In this document: piece after piece, positions 35,962 to 45,296 of the stretch | Numbering within the stretch: position 1 is the first letter of the stretch | How the letters are laid out: every line of letters starts with the position of its first letter | Origin: a virus | IMG/VR virus record: IMGVR_UViG_3300020056_002227 | Location: 32,001 to 96,000 of that record | Length of the DNA stretch: 64,000 nt | Reading direction: 5' to 3' (one strand) | Translations under genes and position numbers: made by a program | The notes under the pieces: generated by a model | Databases searched by the model: none | What the model saw: the letters and a program-made list of their open reading frames with translations, nothing else | Told to the model about the DNA's origin: nothing

Positions 35962-36915
35962 ATGTCCGTTGATGCAAAATCAAACGAAGTGTTATGGGTT
36001 GAAAAATATCGACCTCAAAAAATTAACGACACTATCCTCCCCGAAAAAACAAAGGCGATGTTTCGAAAATTTGTCGCCGATAACAATGTCCCAAATCTAC
36101 TACTAACCGGTGGCCCGGGTGTTGGAAAGACCACTATTGCTAAAGCTATGCTCGATGAGCTTGATTGCGATTACGTTGTCAAAAACGGTTCTCTTAATGT
36201 CAACATCGATACCCTACGATATGAAATCTCAACGTTTGCCTCTTCCGTTTCCCTCGCTGGTGGCCGGAAATATGTTATCTTTGACGAGGCAGACTACCTC
36301 AACGCTGCATCTGTACAACCCGCCCTCCGTAACTTTATAGAAGAATACTCTTCTAATTGTGGGTTCATCTTTACTTGCAATTTCAAAAATCGTATCATTG
36401 CTCCCCTCCGTTCTCGGTTATCTGAAATCGATTTCTCTATCGAACAAACCGAACGTCCTGCACTTGCTATGGAATTTTTCAAGCGCGTCAACACAATCTT
36501 GCAACAAGAGAATATCGACTACGACAAAAATGTAGTTGCCAAAGTAATCGAAAAACACTTTCCTGATTTTCGACGTGTTCTCACCGAACTGCAATCGTAT
36601 GCTGCATCCGGTAAAATTGATGAGGGTATCTTCGTCAATATCAAACAAGAATCGATTGATTCACTCTTTGCTCTGTTAAAGGCAAAAGACTTTACCTCGA
36701 TGCGCAAATGGGTTGCTAATAACTCTGATCAAGACATGAACGAGATGTTTCGTAGAATCTATGATGCTGCAACCGATCGAGTTGAATTTCGATCCTTGCC
36801 CGGATTCTGTGTGACCCTTGCTGATTATATGTACAAGGCAAATTTTGTTGCTGATCTAGAGGTGAACATGGTTGCATTCCTCACCGAGGTGATGATTGAG
36901 TGTGAATACAAGTAA
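35962..36915 (+). CDS. 44: Clamp loader large subunit gp44
   Basis: LWVEKYRP, GPGVGKTT, FDEAD, PDFRR. Confidence 0.95.
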   Translation: MSVDAKSNEVLWVEKYRPQKINDTILPEKTKAMFRKFVADNNVPNLLLTGGPGVGKTTIAKAMLDELDCDYVVKNGSLNVNIDTLRYEISTFASSVSLAGGRKYVIFDEADYLNAASVQPALRNFIEEYSSNCGFIFTCNFKNRIIAPLRSRLSEIDFSIEQTERPALAMEFFKRVNTILQQENIDYDKNVVAKVIEKHFPDFRRVLTELQSYAASGKIDEGIFVNIKQESIDSLFALLKAKDFTSMRKWVANNSDQDMNEMFRRIYDAATDRVEFRSLPGFCVTLADYMYKANFVADLEVNMVAFLTEVMIECEYK

Positions 36916-37106
36916 TGGTTTTTCGTAGAGGCATTGACCCATATCATGTTTCAAAAGAAAAGGCTACTGAACGCAAAGAAATTTGTAGATCTTGTGATTC
37001 ATATCTAAGCATGACCGACCAATGTAAAGAATGTTGGTGTTTCATTAGTCTTAAAACAAAATTGAAGAAACATCTAGGTGGTGAATGCCCGAAGGGGAAG
37101 TGGTAA
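36915..37106 (+). CDS. Small Cys-rich (zinc-binding) protein
   Basis: CRSC...CKECWC...CPKGKW. Confidence 0.7.
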   Translation: MVFRRGIDPYHVSKEKATERKEICRSCDSYLSMTDQCKECWCFISLKTKLKKHLGGECPKGKW

Positions 37107-37294
37107 TGTTAAAGAAAAAAGTAACTTGCTTTAATTGTGGTAATAAGGTTGCTTTCAAAAAGGCTTTCACAATTAAACTAAATACGTTAGAGGGTGCACA
37201 CGAGGTTAAGATGTGTGAACCTTGCTCAGAACAATTCGACGAGATAATGAAAGAGATAGAGGAGGTTCGCAGTGAAGGATATCAGTCCGTTTGA
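37106..37294 (+). CDS. Small zinc-ribbon protein
   Basis: CFNC...CEPC. Confidence 0.65.
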   Translation: MLKKKVTCFNCGNKVAFKKAFTIKLNTLEGAHEVKMCEPCSEQFDEIMKEIEEVRSEGYQSV

Positions 37295-37673
37295 TTTTAT
37301 GAATGCAGCCTCTTTCTCTAAAGAGGACCTGATCGGCAACAACGAGAATCCAGAACTGATCGAAAAACAATATGCTGCTTATATTGTGAATCGAGGTTTT
37401 GCTAATTTTGACGATACGATCTTACACGCGAATGAAATGAACATGAGGCCCCATCTTTTCTATGCGGCTCAATTCGATTATTACCGTGGTGCTCTACGAA
37501 AACGCAAAAGATTTTCGAAATGGCCTAAACAGACCAAAGATGCAGATCTGGATGCAATACAAGAAGTATATCAGTGTAATAGGACTGTTGCCAAATTATA
37601 TCTTAAAGCCCTTTCAAAAGACGACATGAAGCGAGTGCATGACCGTCTAGTTGTTGGTGGAGTTGGAAAATGA
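37272..37673 (+). CDS. 62: Clamp loader small subunit gp62
   Basis: SPFDFMN...YIVNRG...ANEMN...RKRKRFSKW. Confidence 0.9.
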   Translation: MKDISPFDFMNAASFSKEDLIGNNENPELIEKQYAAYIVNRGFANFDDTILHANEMNMRPHLFYAAQFDYYRGALRKRKRFSKWPKQTKDADLDAIQEVYQCNRTVAKLYLKALSKDDMKRVHDRLVVGGVGK

Positions 37674-37739
37674 TAAATAGACAGAATGGTTTACCATTGA
37701 CGACACTACTAACAATTATTATAAAGGTGACTTTAAATC

Positions 37740-38144
37740 ATGGACAACGAGGATATTTTTAGAGGCGTGGGTGTAGAGGTCAAACTACCGACTGAAGATA
37801 GCTTCCTTAAGATTAAAGAGACACTTACTCGCATCGGTATCTCTTCTAGGAAGGAAAGGAAATTATATCAGTCCTGCCACATATTACACAAAAAGGGTAG
37901 ATATTCTATCCTACATTTCAAAGAGCTGTTTATCTTAGACGGCAAACATAATACATTCACAGAGGAAGATCAGGCGAGAAGAAACACCATCGTCAACCTA
38001 CTCGAAGAATGGGAACTGCTTGAGATAGTAGATAAAGAAAAGACCAAAGAGCCCGTTGCTGGACTCAATCAAATTAAGATTATTTCTTATAAAGATAAAG
38101 GTGACTGGGAGCTTGCTGTAAAGTATAACATTGGCAAAAAGTGA
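37740..38144 (+). CDS. regA: Translational repressor RegA
   Basis: FLKIKETLTRIGI...LYQSCHILHKKGRY.ILHFKELF. Confidence 0.95.
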   Translation: MDNEDIFRGVGVEVKLPTEDSFLKIKETLTRIGISSRKERKLYQSCHILHKKGRYSILHFKELFILDGKHNTFTEEDQARRNTIVNLLEEWELLEIVDKEKTKEPVAGLNQIKIISYKDKGDWELAVKYNIGKK

Positions 38145-38151
38145 GATTATT

Positions 38152-38664
38152 ATGAATGTCTATAAGGCATATGATGAGGCCGAAATTCCGGTCTTTGCTA
38201 CAGAAGGTTCGGCATGTTTTGATATCAAGGCAAATATCAAAAACGGCCAATATCTAAAATCTTATAACAATTGGAATAAAGAACAGAGTATTCTGGTAAA
38301 AGGAGTAGGGGGTCTACGAGACGCCTTTCAACTTCCACCAGGTATTCGATGTCTTGTACCTACCGGCTTAATCTTTGATATACCCGAAGGGCATGTACTA
38401 AAGATGTACATTCGTTCTGGTGTTGCACTAAAGAAAGGTTTGGTTCTTTCTAATGGTACAGGGATCATCGACTCTGATTATGTAGAACAGACGTTTATGA
38501 TGATATCGAACATGACCGATTGTCTGGTGACAATTGAAAACGGAGAAAGGTTAGCCCAAGGTATTCTCGAGCCAACCGTTCCTTATGATCTAGTAGAAAC
38601 CAACGAAAGACCGGTGCAGAAAACTGACCGAGATGGTGGTTTTGGTAGTACGGGTTCTAGCTAA
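38152..38664 (+). CDS. dut: Trimeric dUTPase
   Basis: GSACFDI, RSG, GIIDSDY, RLAQ, RDGGFGSTG. Confidence 0.93.
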   Translation: MNVYKAYDEAEIPVFATEGSACFDIKANIKNGQYLKSYNNWNKEQSILVKGVGGLRDAFQLPPGIRCLVPTGLIFDIPEGHVLKMYIRSGVALKKGLVLSNGTGIIDSDYVEQTFMMISNMTDCLVTIENGERLAQGILEPTVPYDLVETNERPVQKTDRDGGFGSTGSS

Positions 38665-38950
38665 ACCTAGAAACCTTTTCTACTTTACAAGTATGACGGT
38701 TATCATCAATAAAGAAGATAACTCTTGTACCTTCTTTGAAGGTTCGAGCCTTAGTGGCAAATCGAACGTCAGAATTTTGTTCGATGGGTAGATTGCAGGC
38801 TGTTTCAATCTTCCAGTAATCACCTTGTCTCTTATCGTAGACAATCATACCAGTTTTGGTCATGAGAGTAGTATTTTTTGTGATATGAACTGGAACATCT
38901 GCAAACACAGATGTTGAAAACAACAAAGCCAATAGAGTTAGATATTTCAT
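38657..38950 (-). CDS. Hypothetical secreted protein
   Basis: Signal peptide MKYLTLLALLFSTSVFA; two Cys; AAGGA RBS. Confidence 0.65.
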   Translation of the reverse strand: MKYLTLLALLFSTSVFADVPVHITKNTTLMTKTGMIVYDKRQGDYWKIETACNLPIEQNSDVRFATKARTFKEGTRVIFFIDDNRHTCKVEKVSRFS

Positions 38951-39035
38951 AATGCTATCCTTTTGGTTGTATTTTTGATATATGACAGAAATATTACATA
39001 TATACACCATATATATGAATTTGAGGATCTTGGGT

Positions 39036-39191
39036 ATGAAGAAGAACGACACTCTCATTGTTAAAATTAATGATGCAGAGAAAAAGGAATTTCTTGAGTT
39101 GTGCAAGAATATTGATACTTCGGCGAGTCGCGAAGTACGTCATTTTATTCGAAAATTTATTGCAGAGCATACAGCACAACTGAATAAATAA
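39036..39191 (+). CDS. Ribbon-helix-helix (CopG-like) regulator
   Basis: TLIVKINDAEKKEFLELCK..DTSASREVRHFIRKFI. Confidence 0.6.
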   Translation: MKKNDTLIVKINDAEKKEFLELCKNIDTSASREVRHFIRKFIAEHTAQLNK

Positions 39192-39196
39192 ATTTT

Positions 39197-39283
39197 GTAG
39201 GATGCCAATTGGGTCCTACCAAATCGATGGGTATTTACCATCACTACAATTAAAACTCTTGCTTAAATAAGGAGAAACTTATG
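39197..39283 (+). promoter_or_regulatory. ROSE-like RNA thermometer upstream of hsp20
   Basis: Two upstream hairpins, then CUCUUGCU-UAAAU-AAGGAG pairing over the Shine-Dalgarno. Confidence 0.6.
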
Positions 39284-39739
39284 ACTGGTTTAAATATTAA
39301 CCACCTCACCCCGTTCACTGTAGGTTTTGATAGAATGCTTGATCGACTCGAAACGATGTCTGATCACATGAATCGAAATAATACAGGATTCCCGCCCTAC
39401 AACATCCGTAAACAGGAAGATCATTTCTATATCGACTTGGCACTTGCTGGGCTCGATAAAGATGATGTTGAAATCGAAGTAGCAGATGGAAATCTCACCA
39501 TTCGTTCCACTTGGGACGAGCAAGGTGACTACTTCAATGCTGGTGGAGATATGCTCCACCGCGGTATCTCTTTCCGAAAGTTCACCCGTAATTTCTCTAT
39601 TGCGGAAGACATTCAGGTAGTAGATGCCGAATTTGTGAATGGTCTTTTAACGATTCATCTGGAACGCATTGTACCAGAAGAGAAAAAGCCCAAGAAAATT
39701 GAAATTGGTTTAGGTGAAAGGAAACTGTTAACCGAATAG
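39281..39739 (+). CDS. Small heat shock protein Hsp20 (IbpA-like)
   Basis: GFDRM, FPPYNI, LALAG, HRGIS.RKFTR.F, NGLLTI. Confidence 0.93.
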   Translation: MTGLNINHLTPFTVGFDRMLDRLETMSDHMNRNNTGFPPYNIRKQEDHFYIDLALAGLDKDDVEIEVADGNLTIRSTWDEQGDYFNAGGDMLHRGISFRKFTRNFSIAEDIQVVDAEFVNGLLTIHLERIVPEEKKPKKIEIGLGERKLLTE

Positions 39740-39769
39740 TCTTCACCCCCTTTAATATGGAGATTAATT

Positions 39770-40324
39770 ATGAATAGAAATGGTAGACGCATCCCAGATG
39801 TGACCTTTCAAACACGTGTACGAGACGATTCTATCGATGGGCCAAATCCCTATCGATGGGAAGCCGTAACCACTGGTGACCTCTTTGATGGAAAGCGAGT
39901 GGTCGTATTTTCTTTGCCCGGTGCATTTACACCGACGTGTTCCACCTATCAGGTGCCAGGTTATGAAGAAAACTATAACCTGATTCGTGATCTAGGTGTT
40001 GACGAGGTATATTGTGCTTCTGTTAATGATTCATTTGTGATGAACAAGTGGGCAAAAGATCAATGTGTCGAAAAGGTAAAAATGATCCCAGATGGTACGG
40101 GATGCTTTACTCGACAAATGGGTATGCTTGTCGATAAGTCTAATCTTGGTTTTGGTTTGAGATCGTGGCGTTATGCTATGGTTGTGACTGATGGAAGAAT
40201 TGAGGCTTTCTTTGAAGAGCCAGGACTGAGAGATAATGCTTCTGATGATCCCTATGGAGAAACTGCTCCACAGATGATTATTGATTATTTGAGATCTGCA
40301 TCATCTCTACAACAGGCAAGCTAA
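39770..40324 (+). CDS. Peroxiredoxin (Prx5-type)
   Basis: LPGAFTPTCS, SVNDSFVM, RSWRYAM. Confidence 0.93.
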   Translation: MNRNGRRIPDVTFQTRVRDDSIDGPNPYRWEAVTTGDLFDGKRVVVFSLPGAFTPTCSTYQVPGYEENYNLIRDLGVDEVYCASVNDSFVMNKWAKDQCVEKVKMIPDGTGCFTRQMGMLVDKSNLGFGLRSWRYAMVVTDGRIEAFFEEPGLRDNASDDPYGETAPQMIIDYLRSASSLQQAS

Positions 40325-40328
40325 AGAC

Positions 40329-40352
40329 AGAGGGGCTCCGGCCCCTCTTTTC
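40329..40352. terminator. Terminator between convergent transcription blocks
   Basis: AGAGGGGC-TCCG-GCCCCTCT followed by TTT. Confidence 0.8.
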
Positions 40353-42209
40353 TTATCCAGCAGGACTACCTAATGATCTCATAGGACCACCACTAAATAC
40401 TGTACTTACCTCTGTTTTAACATTATCACCTTGTTTGACAACGTGTGTGGTGACTGGTGCATTTGTGGTATTCTGATTAATAATAACAGGACCTTGCATA
40501 TTCGGTGCATTTTCTTCTACAGTACCCAAAACCCTTCCATTGGCATCAATAACACCTAGGTCTCTCATCATCTGGTCATTTAATGCTTTTGCCTCTTCTG
40601 CGGTGAGAGGATTCTCTAGACGTTCAAGGTATGATTGAATTCGCTCTTCATCAGCTCCTGCCAGTACTGCTGTTGCAATTGTCTGATCTTGTTGAGCCTG
40701 TAACCTTTGCAGTTCTGCTACTCTTTCTTTATCAAATTCTGCTTTGGCTCTTGCATATGCTTCGTCAGATTCACCTACATTTCGGCCTTTGCGTGCCCTT
40801 TGAGCTCTAAATTCTTTTTCTGCCAATTCATCAATTTTTTCTTGTATCTCTCTTGCAGATCTTTGTGCTGCAGCAGTAGCTTCCTCTCTGATTGCAGCAT
40901 TCTCAGCCTCTACAATATCTCTTTGGGCTTGAATTGCAGCATTACCGAGACCTATATTCTCTAATTGTTGTTCTGTCAAACTCTTAGAAAGTGCCTCTCG
41001 TTCTTCTAACATTTGCTCTAATTTTGATTCTGCATCTGTCTTGAGGTCTTCAATATTCTCAAGCGAATCTTCCATCACATTTGTAATGGCACCTTCATCA
41101 TATGCATCATCTCTTATTACGTCTGCAATTTTTTCACCGATACCGAGAGCCGCACCTACGGCTGCACCTACCACAGCACCCTTTGGTCCAAACATTAAAC
41201 CAATAGATGCGTATTTTAATACAGTACCACCAAAATCTACTGCATCGTATTTTCTGTTTTTAATCTCATTGGGAGTCATACCCATTACATTTTCGCGAAT
41301 GGCATCACCCATTGCAGGCATCAGAGTATCTAATGCCAACGTTGCCAGACCAGCAACACTAAGACTTCTGAGGTTCGGCATTCTCATGCCTTTTCCTATA
41401 TCCTTACCTCCGAGGCCTCCGCGACGACCGTCGGGATCCACATCTGGAGGAGCGGCACCACCTCTTCTTCTTAGCGCTTCAATTACACCGTAAGAAACTA
41501 AACCATCACGAATCATCTCGGTTACAGGGCCAGCAGCCAATGCGGCCGCACCAATTCCAAGACCTGCCACGGCAGCCGTTCCTGCTGTTGCAGCAAGTTT
41601 CTCTAAATTTTCAGGTGATAATGCTGCTTCCATTTGAGTTAAAATTAATGGAGTCTTCTCTGCTATCAGATTTAAAGATGTGGAAATCTTGTCCCATGCT
41701 GTTGTTGCAATGGAATCGACCATTCGATCTAATCCACCCTCAGTTCTGGAATTGAGATACCCATAACCTATTGTGGCTGCTCCAATACCAAAGGCACCAG
41801 CGGCAAGGAATTTCATATTCTGAAGACCCTTCAATTGCTCGAATAGCCCCTTTCCTTTGCCCTTATCTTTCTCTGCGGCAAGATCATTCTTTAATTTTTC
41901 TGTCTCAACTTTTTCACGCAAGGCCTTTAATTCTGCGGATTCTTGGTTTGCTTCAAGATCATCAAAAGCCCTATCTCGTGCAGCCTGCTCCCTTTCTCTC
42001 TCTGCAATATCTGCTTGAGCACCCATAGATGCTCTCATCGTATCAGTTTGTGCCGCAATATTATTTGAAATGGTATTAAAAATACCTTCAAATTTAGCCA
42101 ATTCGACCTTCACAGAGCGAATTGAATTAGAGCCTGTATTACGTAACAGCCTGCCTTCTGCTTGGAGCTTATCTATGATGGCCTGTGTTTCGGCCGAGAG
42201 TTCAGCCAT
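40353..42209 (-). CDS. Putative tape measure / hub protein (gp29-like)
   Basis: 618 aa, coiled-coil plus Ala/Gly-rich hydrophobic helices; downstream of gp26/gp51. Confidence 0.55.
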   Translation of the reverse strand: MAELSAETQAIIDKLQAEGRLLRNTGSNSIRSVKVELAKFEGIFNTISNNIAAQTDTMRASMGAQADIAEREREQAARDRAFDDLEANQESAELKALREKVETEKLKNDLAAEKDKGKGKGLFEQLKGLQNMKFLAAGAFGIGAATIGYGYLNSRTEGGLDRMVDSIATTAWDKISTSLNLIAEKTPLILTQMEAALSPENLEKLAATAGTAAVAGLGIGAAALAAGPVTEMIRDGLVSYGVIEALRRRGGAAPPDVDPDGRRGGLGGKDIGKGMRMPNLRSLSVAGLATLALDTLMPAMGDAIRENVMGMTPNEIKNRKYDAVDFGGTVLKYASIGLMFGPKGAVVGAAVGAALGIGEKIADVIRDDAYDEGAITNVMEDSLENIEDLKTDAESKLEQMLEEREALSKSLTEQQLENIGLGNAAIQAQRDIVEAENAAIREEATAAAQRSAREIQEKIDELAEKEFRAQRARKGRNVGESDEAYARAKAEFDKERVAELQRLQAQQDQTIATAVLAGADEERIQSYLERLENPLTAEEAKALNDQMMRDLGVIDANGRVLGTVEENAPNMQGPVIINQNTTNAPVTTHVVKQGDNVKTEVSTVFSGGPMRSLGSPAG

Positions 42210-42480
42210 TTACTTCGTTCTCCATGAAACAGTTACTGGGCTTGGGGTAATTGTCACTTAAAAGCATGTTTTCTGCCCACTCGAGTTCTTGAATAAGTCT
42301 GTTATACCAATGAGCATCATAGGCACTATTATTAGGGTTATCTCGCTCGATCTTCAGCATCGAAATGCGCATCTTAACGTATTCTTTTTTGGCCAGTGCC
42401 TTCTTCATTCTACGTTCTTCTCGCTGGAGCAGGCCTAATTTACCTACTGTTGCACATTCAAATTTTTGTTCTACCTTCAT
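42202..42480 (-). CDS. Hypothetical protein
   Basis: WYNRLIQELEWA...NCFME; ATGA overlap with upstream ORF. Confidence 0.6.
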   Translation of the reverse strand: MKVEQKFECATVGKLGLLQREERRMKKALAKKEYVKMRISMLKIERDNPNNSAYDAHWYNRLIQELEWAENMLLSDNYPKPSNCFMENEVNG

Positions 42481-42608
42481 TGGTTCTTTTCCTTTTGTTT
42501 TTCGATGTAGTTAATCAACATCTGGAAATATAAATCCCTTTCGTATGGCAACATGCCTTCAATATCTGATATCGAATATTTATGATGCTGTGCCAAAGAA
42601 AATATCAT
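42477..42608 (-). CDS. 51: gp51-like baseplate hub assembly domain; probably the -1 frameshift extension of gp26
   Basis: Hand translation (FLTLCHVSLGEYYQ)MIFSLAQHHKYSISDIEGMLPYERDLYFQMLINYIEKQKEKNQ; frame stays open back through the U8 tract at 42649-42656. Confidence 0.75.
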   Translation of the reverse strand: MIFSLAQHHKYSISDIEGMLPYERDLYFQMLINYIEKQKEKNQ

Positions 42609-42643
42609 TTGATAATATTCACCGAGACTAACATGACACAGCG

Positions 42644-43345
42644 TCAGGAAAAAAAACTGCGCATGCCCTCGACTACAAATGTTTTCTCTTTACCTTCCTT
42701 ATTCTTATATTTCATTTCGTGACGCAATTTAGGCATCGTTTCAAAAAATGCTTGAACACCTTTAATTACATCACCTGGCATATCTTCCATGAAAGCATCG
42801 ATCTCTTCTTGCGAGTATTCACTAAAATCGTGTATCTCATCTTCAGAGGCAATTCTATCCAAACATGCGACCATGATATAGTAATTAACTAGCGGATCTT
42901 TAGGATCCAGTTTAATAATCTGACCAAACTCATCGATGGTAGGATATCTTAAAAACAAAACGTAATCTTCGTTTACCCTAACCTCATTCGTGTGAGATTT
43001 ATCCCTCGTGACCTTTACCTTAGTAATATCAAGGTCTAACTGTACGGTTTCTTCTGTGTCTGGATCTTTAATAGTAAACGACACATTATTATCCACGGAT
43101 CTTGCACGTAACTGTAACAGTACATATTCAAGATCAAACATTGCAAGGGTAGAGATATCAATGTCTACCAAACAATTATTTACAATCTGCCTTGCAGCAA
43201 GTAGCTCTTGTTCTGCATCTCCAGATTCTTGTGCCACTAACAGAATTTTTTCTTCTTTAACTGTAAATGGTCTGTATTTTATTTTTCTACCTGTAGACGG
43301 CAACTCCATCTCAGATATTGGCAAATCAATTTTTGGTAAACTCAT
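42644..43345 (-). CDS. 26: Baseplate hub assembly chaperone gp26
   Basis: MSLPKID.P..E..LPSTG..IKYRPFTVKEEKILL...LRARSV...GMRSFF. Confidence 0.88.
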   Translation of the reverse strand: MSLPKIDLPISEMELPSTGRKIKYRPFTVKEEKILLVAQESGDAEQELLAARQIVNNCLVDIDISTLAMFDLEYVLLQLRARSVDNNVSFTIKDPDTEETVQLDLDITKVKVTRDKSHTNEVRVNEDYVLFLRYPTIDEFGQIIKLDPKDPLVNYYIMVACLDRIASEDEIHDFSEYSQEEIDAFMEDMPGDVIKGVQAFFETMPKLRHEMKYKNKEGKEKTFVVEGMRSFFS

Positions 43346-43366
43346 GGTATACTTACTCCCAATAAT

Positions 43367-44149
43367 TTAAATTCCTAATGTATTACTAATATTATCAAAC
43401 GAATTAGTTACTCTTGTCACTCTATTTACTGCATCTTGAATCGAGGTGGGTCTTCCAGCTCGAGTCGTTTGTCTCACAACATCTGCAAACCCGGCAACGG
43501 CACCAAGAATATCCAAGAGTCCAGTACCTCGATTCAGGCGAGATGTGGGTGATCCAGTCTTTTCACCAGAATATTCCAATCTCTTATAATTGAACGATAC
43601 TGGTAATGTCAGATAGCTGTCGTTATTCTCCCATGCCAGATCGATATCACCAACAATGGTGGGATAACACTTATCTAATATAACCTCATAATACTTGTCT
43701 GCGAAACTTTCTGTGCTGTAATGCCTAACGGTCATTCGACAAGCATATTCATCCCGGTAGCCTATTTCAAAAGGTAGTTTCTCATCTATCTGAGCAAACG
43801 GCCCACCCTTTGTTCCGTAATTCATAACGCTTTGAGCCCACTGGTGAAAGAAAGAAATAACCTGATGATCTGAATCACACATAAAAATTGTTTCCAATGG
43901 CCTCGCGGAGATTCCGGTTGGTAACAATGATGGCAATTGTCCTACCTGAGCATTTTCTGTCGTATTAAAAATGATGCCCGGCATGTTAACCGACTTACAG
44001 AAAAATGTAAATTCTCTGGTTCCAAATACTTTATTTTCAGCAAGAGTGCTATCCTTATAAGGAGTCATCGTAACTTCAAATAAAGATGATCGAGCCGGAC
44101 CTCCGAATCGATTCATTGTTGATTTGAATTGAGTTATATCGAATGGCAT
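43367..44149 (-). CDS. 54: Baseplate-tail tube initiator gp54 (gp19-fold)
   Basis: GGPARSSLFEV...FFCKSVNMPG...CYPTIVGDIDLAW. Confidence 0.65.
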   Translation of the reverse strand: MPFDITQFKSTMNRFGGPARSSLFEVTMTPYKDSTLAENKVFGTREFTFFCKSVNMPGIIFNTTENAQVGQLPSLLPTGISARPLETIFMCDSDHQVISFFHQWAQSVMNYGTKGGPFAQIDEKLPFEIGYRDEYACRMTVRHYSTESFADKYYEVILDKCYPTIVGDIDLAWENNDSYLTLPVSFNYKRLEYSGEKTGSPTSRLNRGTGLLDILGAVAGFADVVRQTTRAGRPTSIQDAVNRVTRVTNSFDNISNTLGI

Positions 44150-44152
44150 TTA

Positions 44153-44764
44153 TTATCCTCTGATTATTCTTCTTGAGTCGGCATAAACTTTTTGTTTTGA
44201 TGCTCCGACAAATTTAGCCATTGGTAAGAAAAGAGCAATGTCCCATTCACTGGGATTGATATAAACAAACCTGGATCTCGTCTGTGCATTCAAATAATGT
44301 TTAATACAAGGTTTGAATTCTTTAAATTTTGCTGCGCTACTCAATAATTCATATGATATTCTTAATTTCGTTGTCTCGTCATATTTCTTATTAGTAAGAT
44401 TTCCATATAGTGCATCCATTAATTTTGCACGTAGCACAGGAGGTAGATAGTGTACGTTAATACCCATAAACCCACCTTTTGCTTTATTTATCGGAAAAAT
44501 CAGCGGAAATCGATCCCAATAGGGTAGTGTATCTTTGTGTTTGGCATCGTATTCGAAAAGATACATATTGCCAACAACCGGTGTACTGACCATTTCACTC
44601 TTAGATTGTTTAATTACATTCTCACCGGTGACTCCAGTCTTAGATCCAGATTTGGACATTGCTTGAGCCTGATTTCGATACCACTCCCTAGCCTTAGTAG
44701 TCCGTGCAGGGACATTACCAGCACGAATACCTTTAGCTAGAATCTTATCGAATATTTCTGCCAA
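44153..44764 (-). CDS. 2: DNA end protector gp2
   Basis: YDAKHKDTLPYWDRFPLI...GINVHYLPP...CIKHYL. Confidence 0.92.
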   Translation of the reverse strand: MAEIFDKILAKGIRAGNVPARTTKAREWYRNQAQAMSKSGSKTGVTGENVIKQSKSEMVSTPVVGNMYLFEYDAKHKDTLPYWDRFPLIFPINKAKGGFMGINVHYLPPVLRAKLMDALYGNLTNKKYDETTKLRISYELLSSAAKFKEFKPCIKHYLNAQTRSRFVYINPSEWDIALFLPMAKFVGASKQKVYADSRRIIRG

Positions 44765-44765
44765 T

Positions 44766-45221
44766 TTATACTCCTAATTCTTTTTCGGTCATGATGATAA
44801 AGTTCCAGCCCCTATCAGCACAAAAACTTCTTGCAGCCTTCCACTTTGCATCATTCACACCCCACGTCTTAACCTCATTTAGATACCGTCTTGATACTCT
44901 GCCAGTTTTTGTAGCATTTTTCTTTCGGGGGTCTGGTGGTAGAGTTTGTTTATATGGCTTTATCTCAATCATCGTTGTTTGCTTTGTACCGTCTGTCTTT
45001 TTCGTGTGAACAATCACATCGGGAAAATACCGATGGATTCTGCCGTCAATTGGAGATCTATAAGGTACGATTACCTCTTCAGATTGCCACCAAATTACAT
45101 CTGGGTGTGTGTCGCAATGTTTAAAAAACTTAAATTCCCACAAAGACCTATAAATAATCTTTGTAGGATCACCCTTGTATTTTCGGGGGTTCTTTGGTCT
45201 GAATCTCCCATTGTAAGCCAT
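44766..45221 (-). CDS. 4: Head completion nuclease gp4 (TnsA-like)
   Basis: YKGDPTKIIYRSLWE...HRYFPD...EIKP...NDAKWKAA. Confidence 0.92.
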   Translation of the reverse strand: MAYNGRFRPKNPRKYKGDPTKIIYRSLWEFKFFKHCDTHPDVIWWQSEEVIVPYRSPIDGRIHRYFPDVIVHTKKTDGTKQTTMIEIKPYKQTLPPDPRKKNATKTGRVSRRYLNEVKTWGVNDAKWKAARSFCADRGWNFIIMTEKELGV

Positions 45222-45242
45222 CTTTCTCTCTTCACATTTCCA

Positions 45243-45250
45243 TATAAATA
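45243..45250 (+). promoter_or_regulatory. T4 late promoter for the baseplate operon
   Basis: TATAAATA in the divergent gp4/gp48 intergenic region. Confidence 0.75.
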
Positions 45251-45296
45251 AACTCTATACTCATTGTATTTATTCAAAAAAACAGGTAACCAATAA

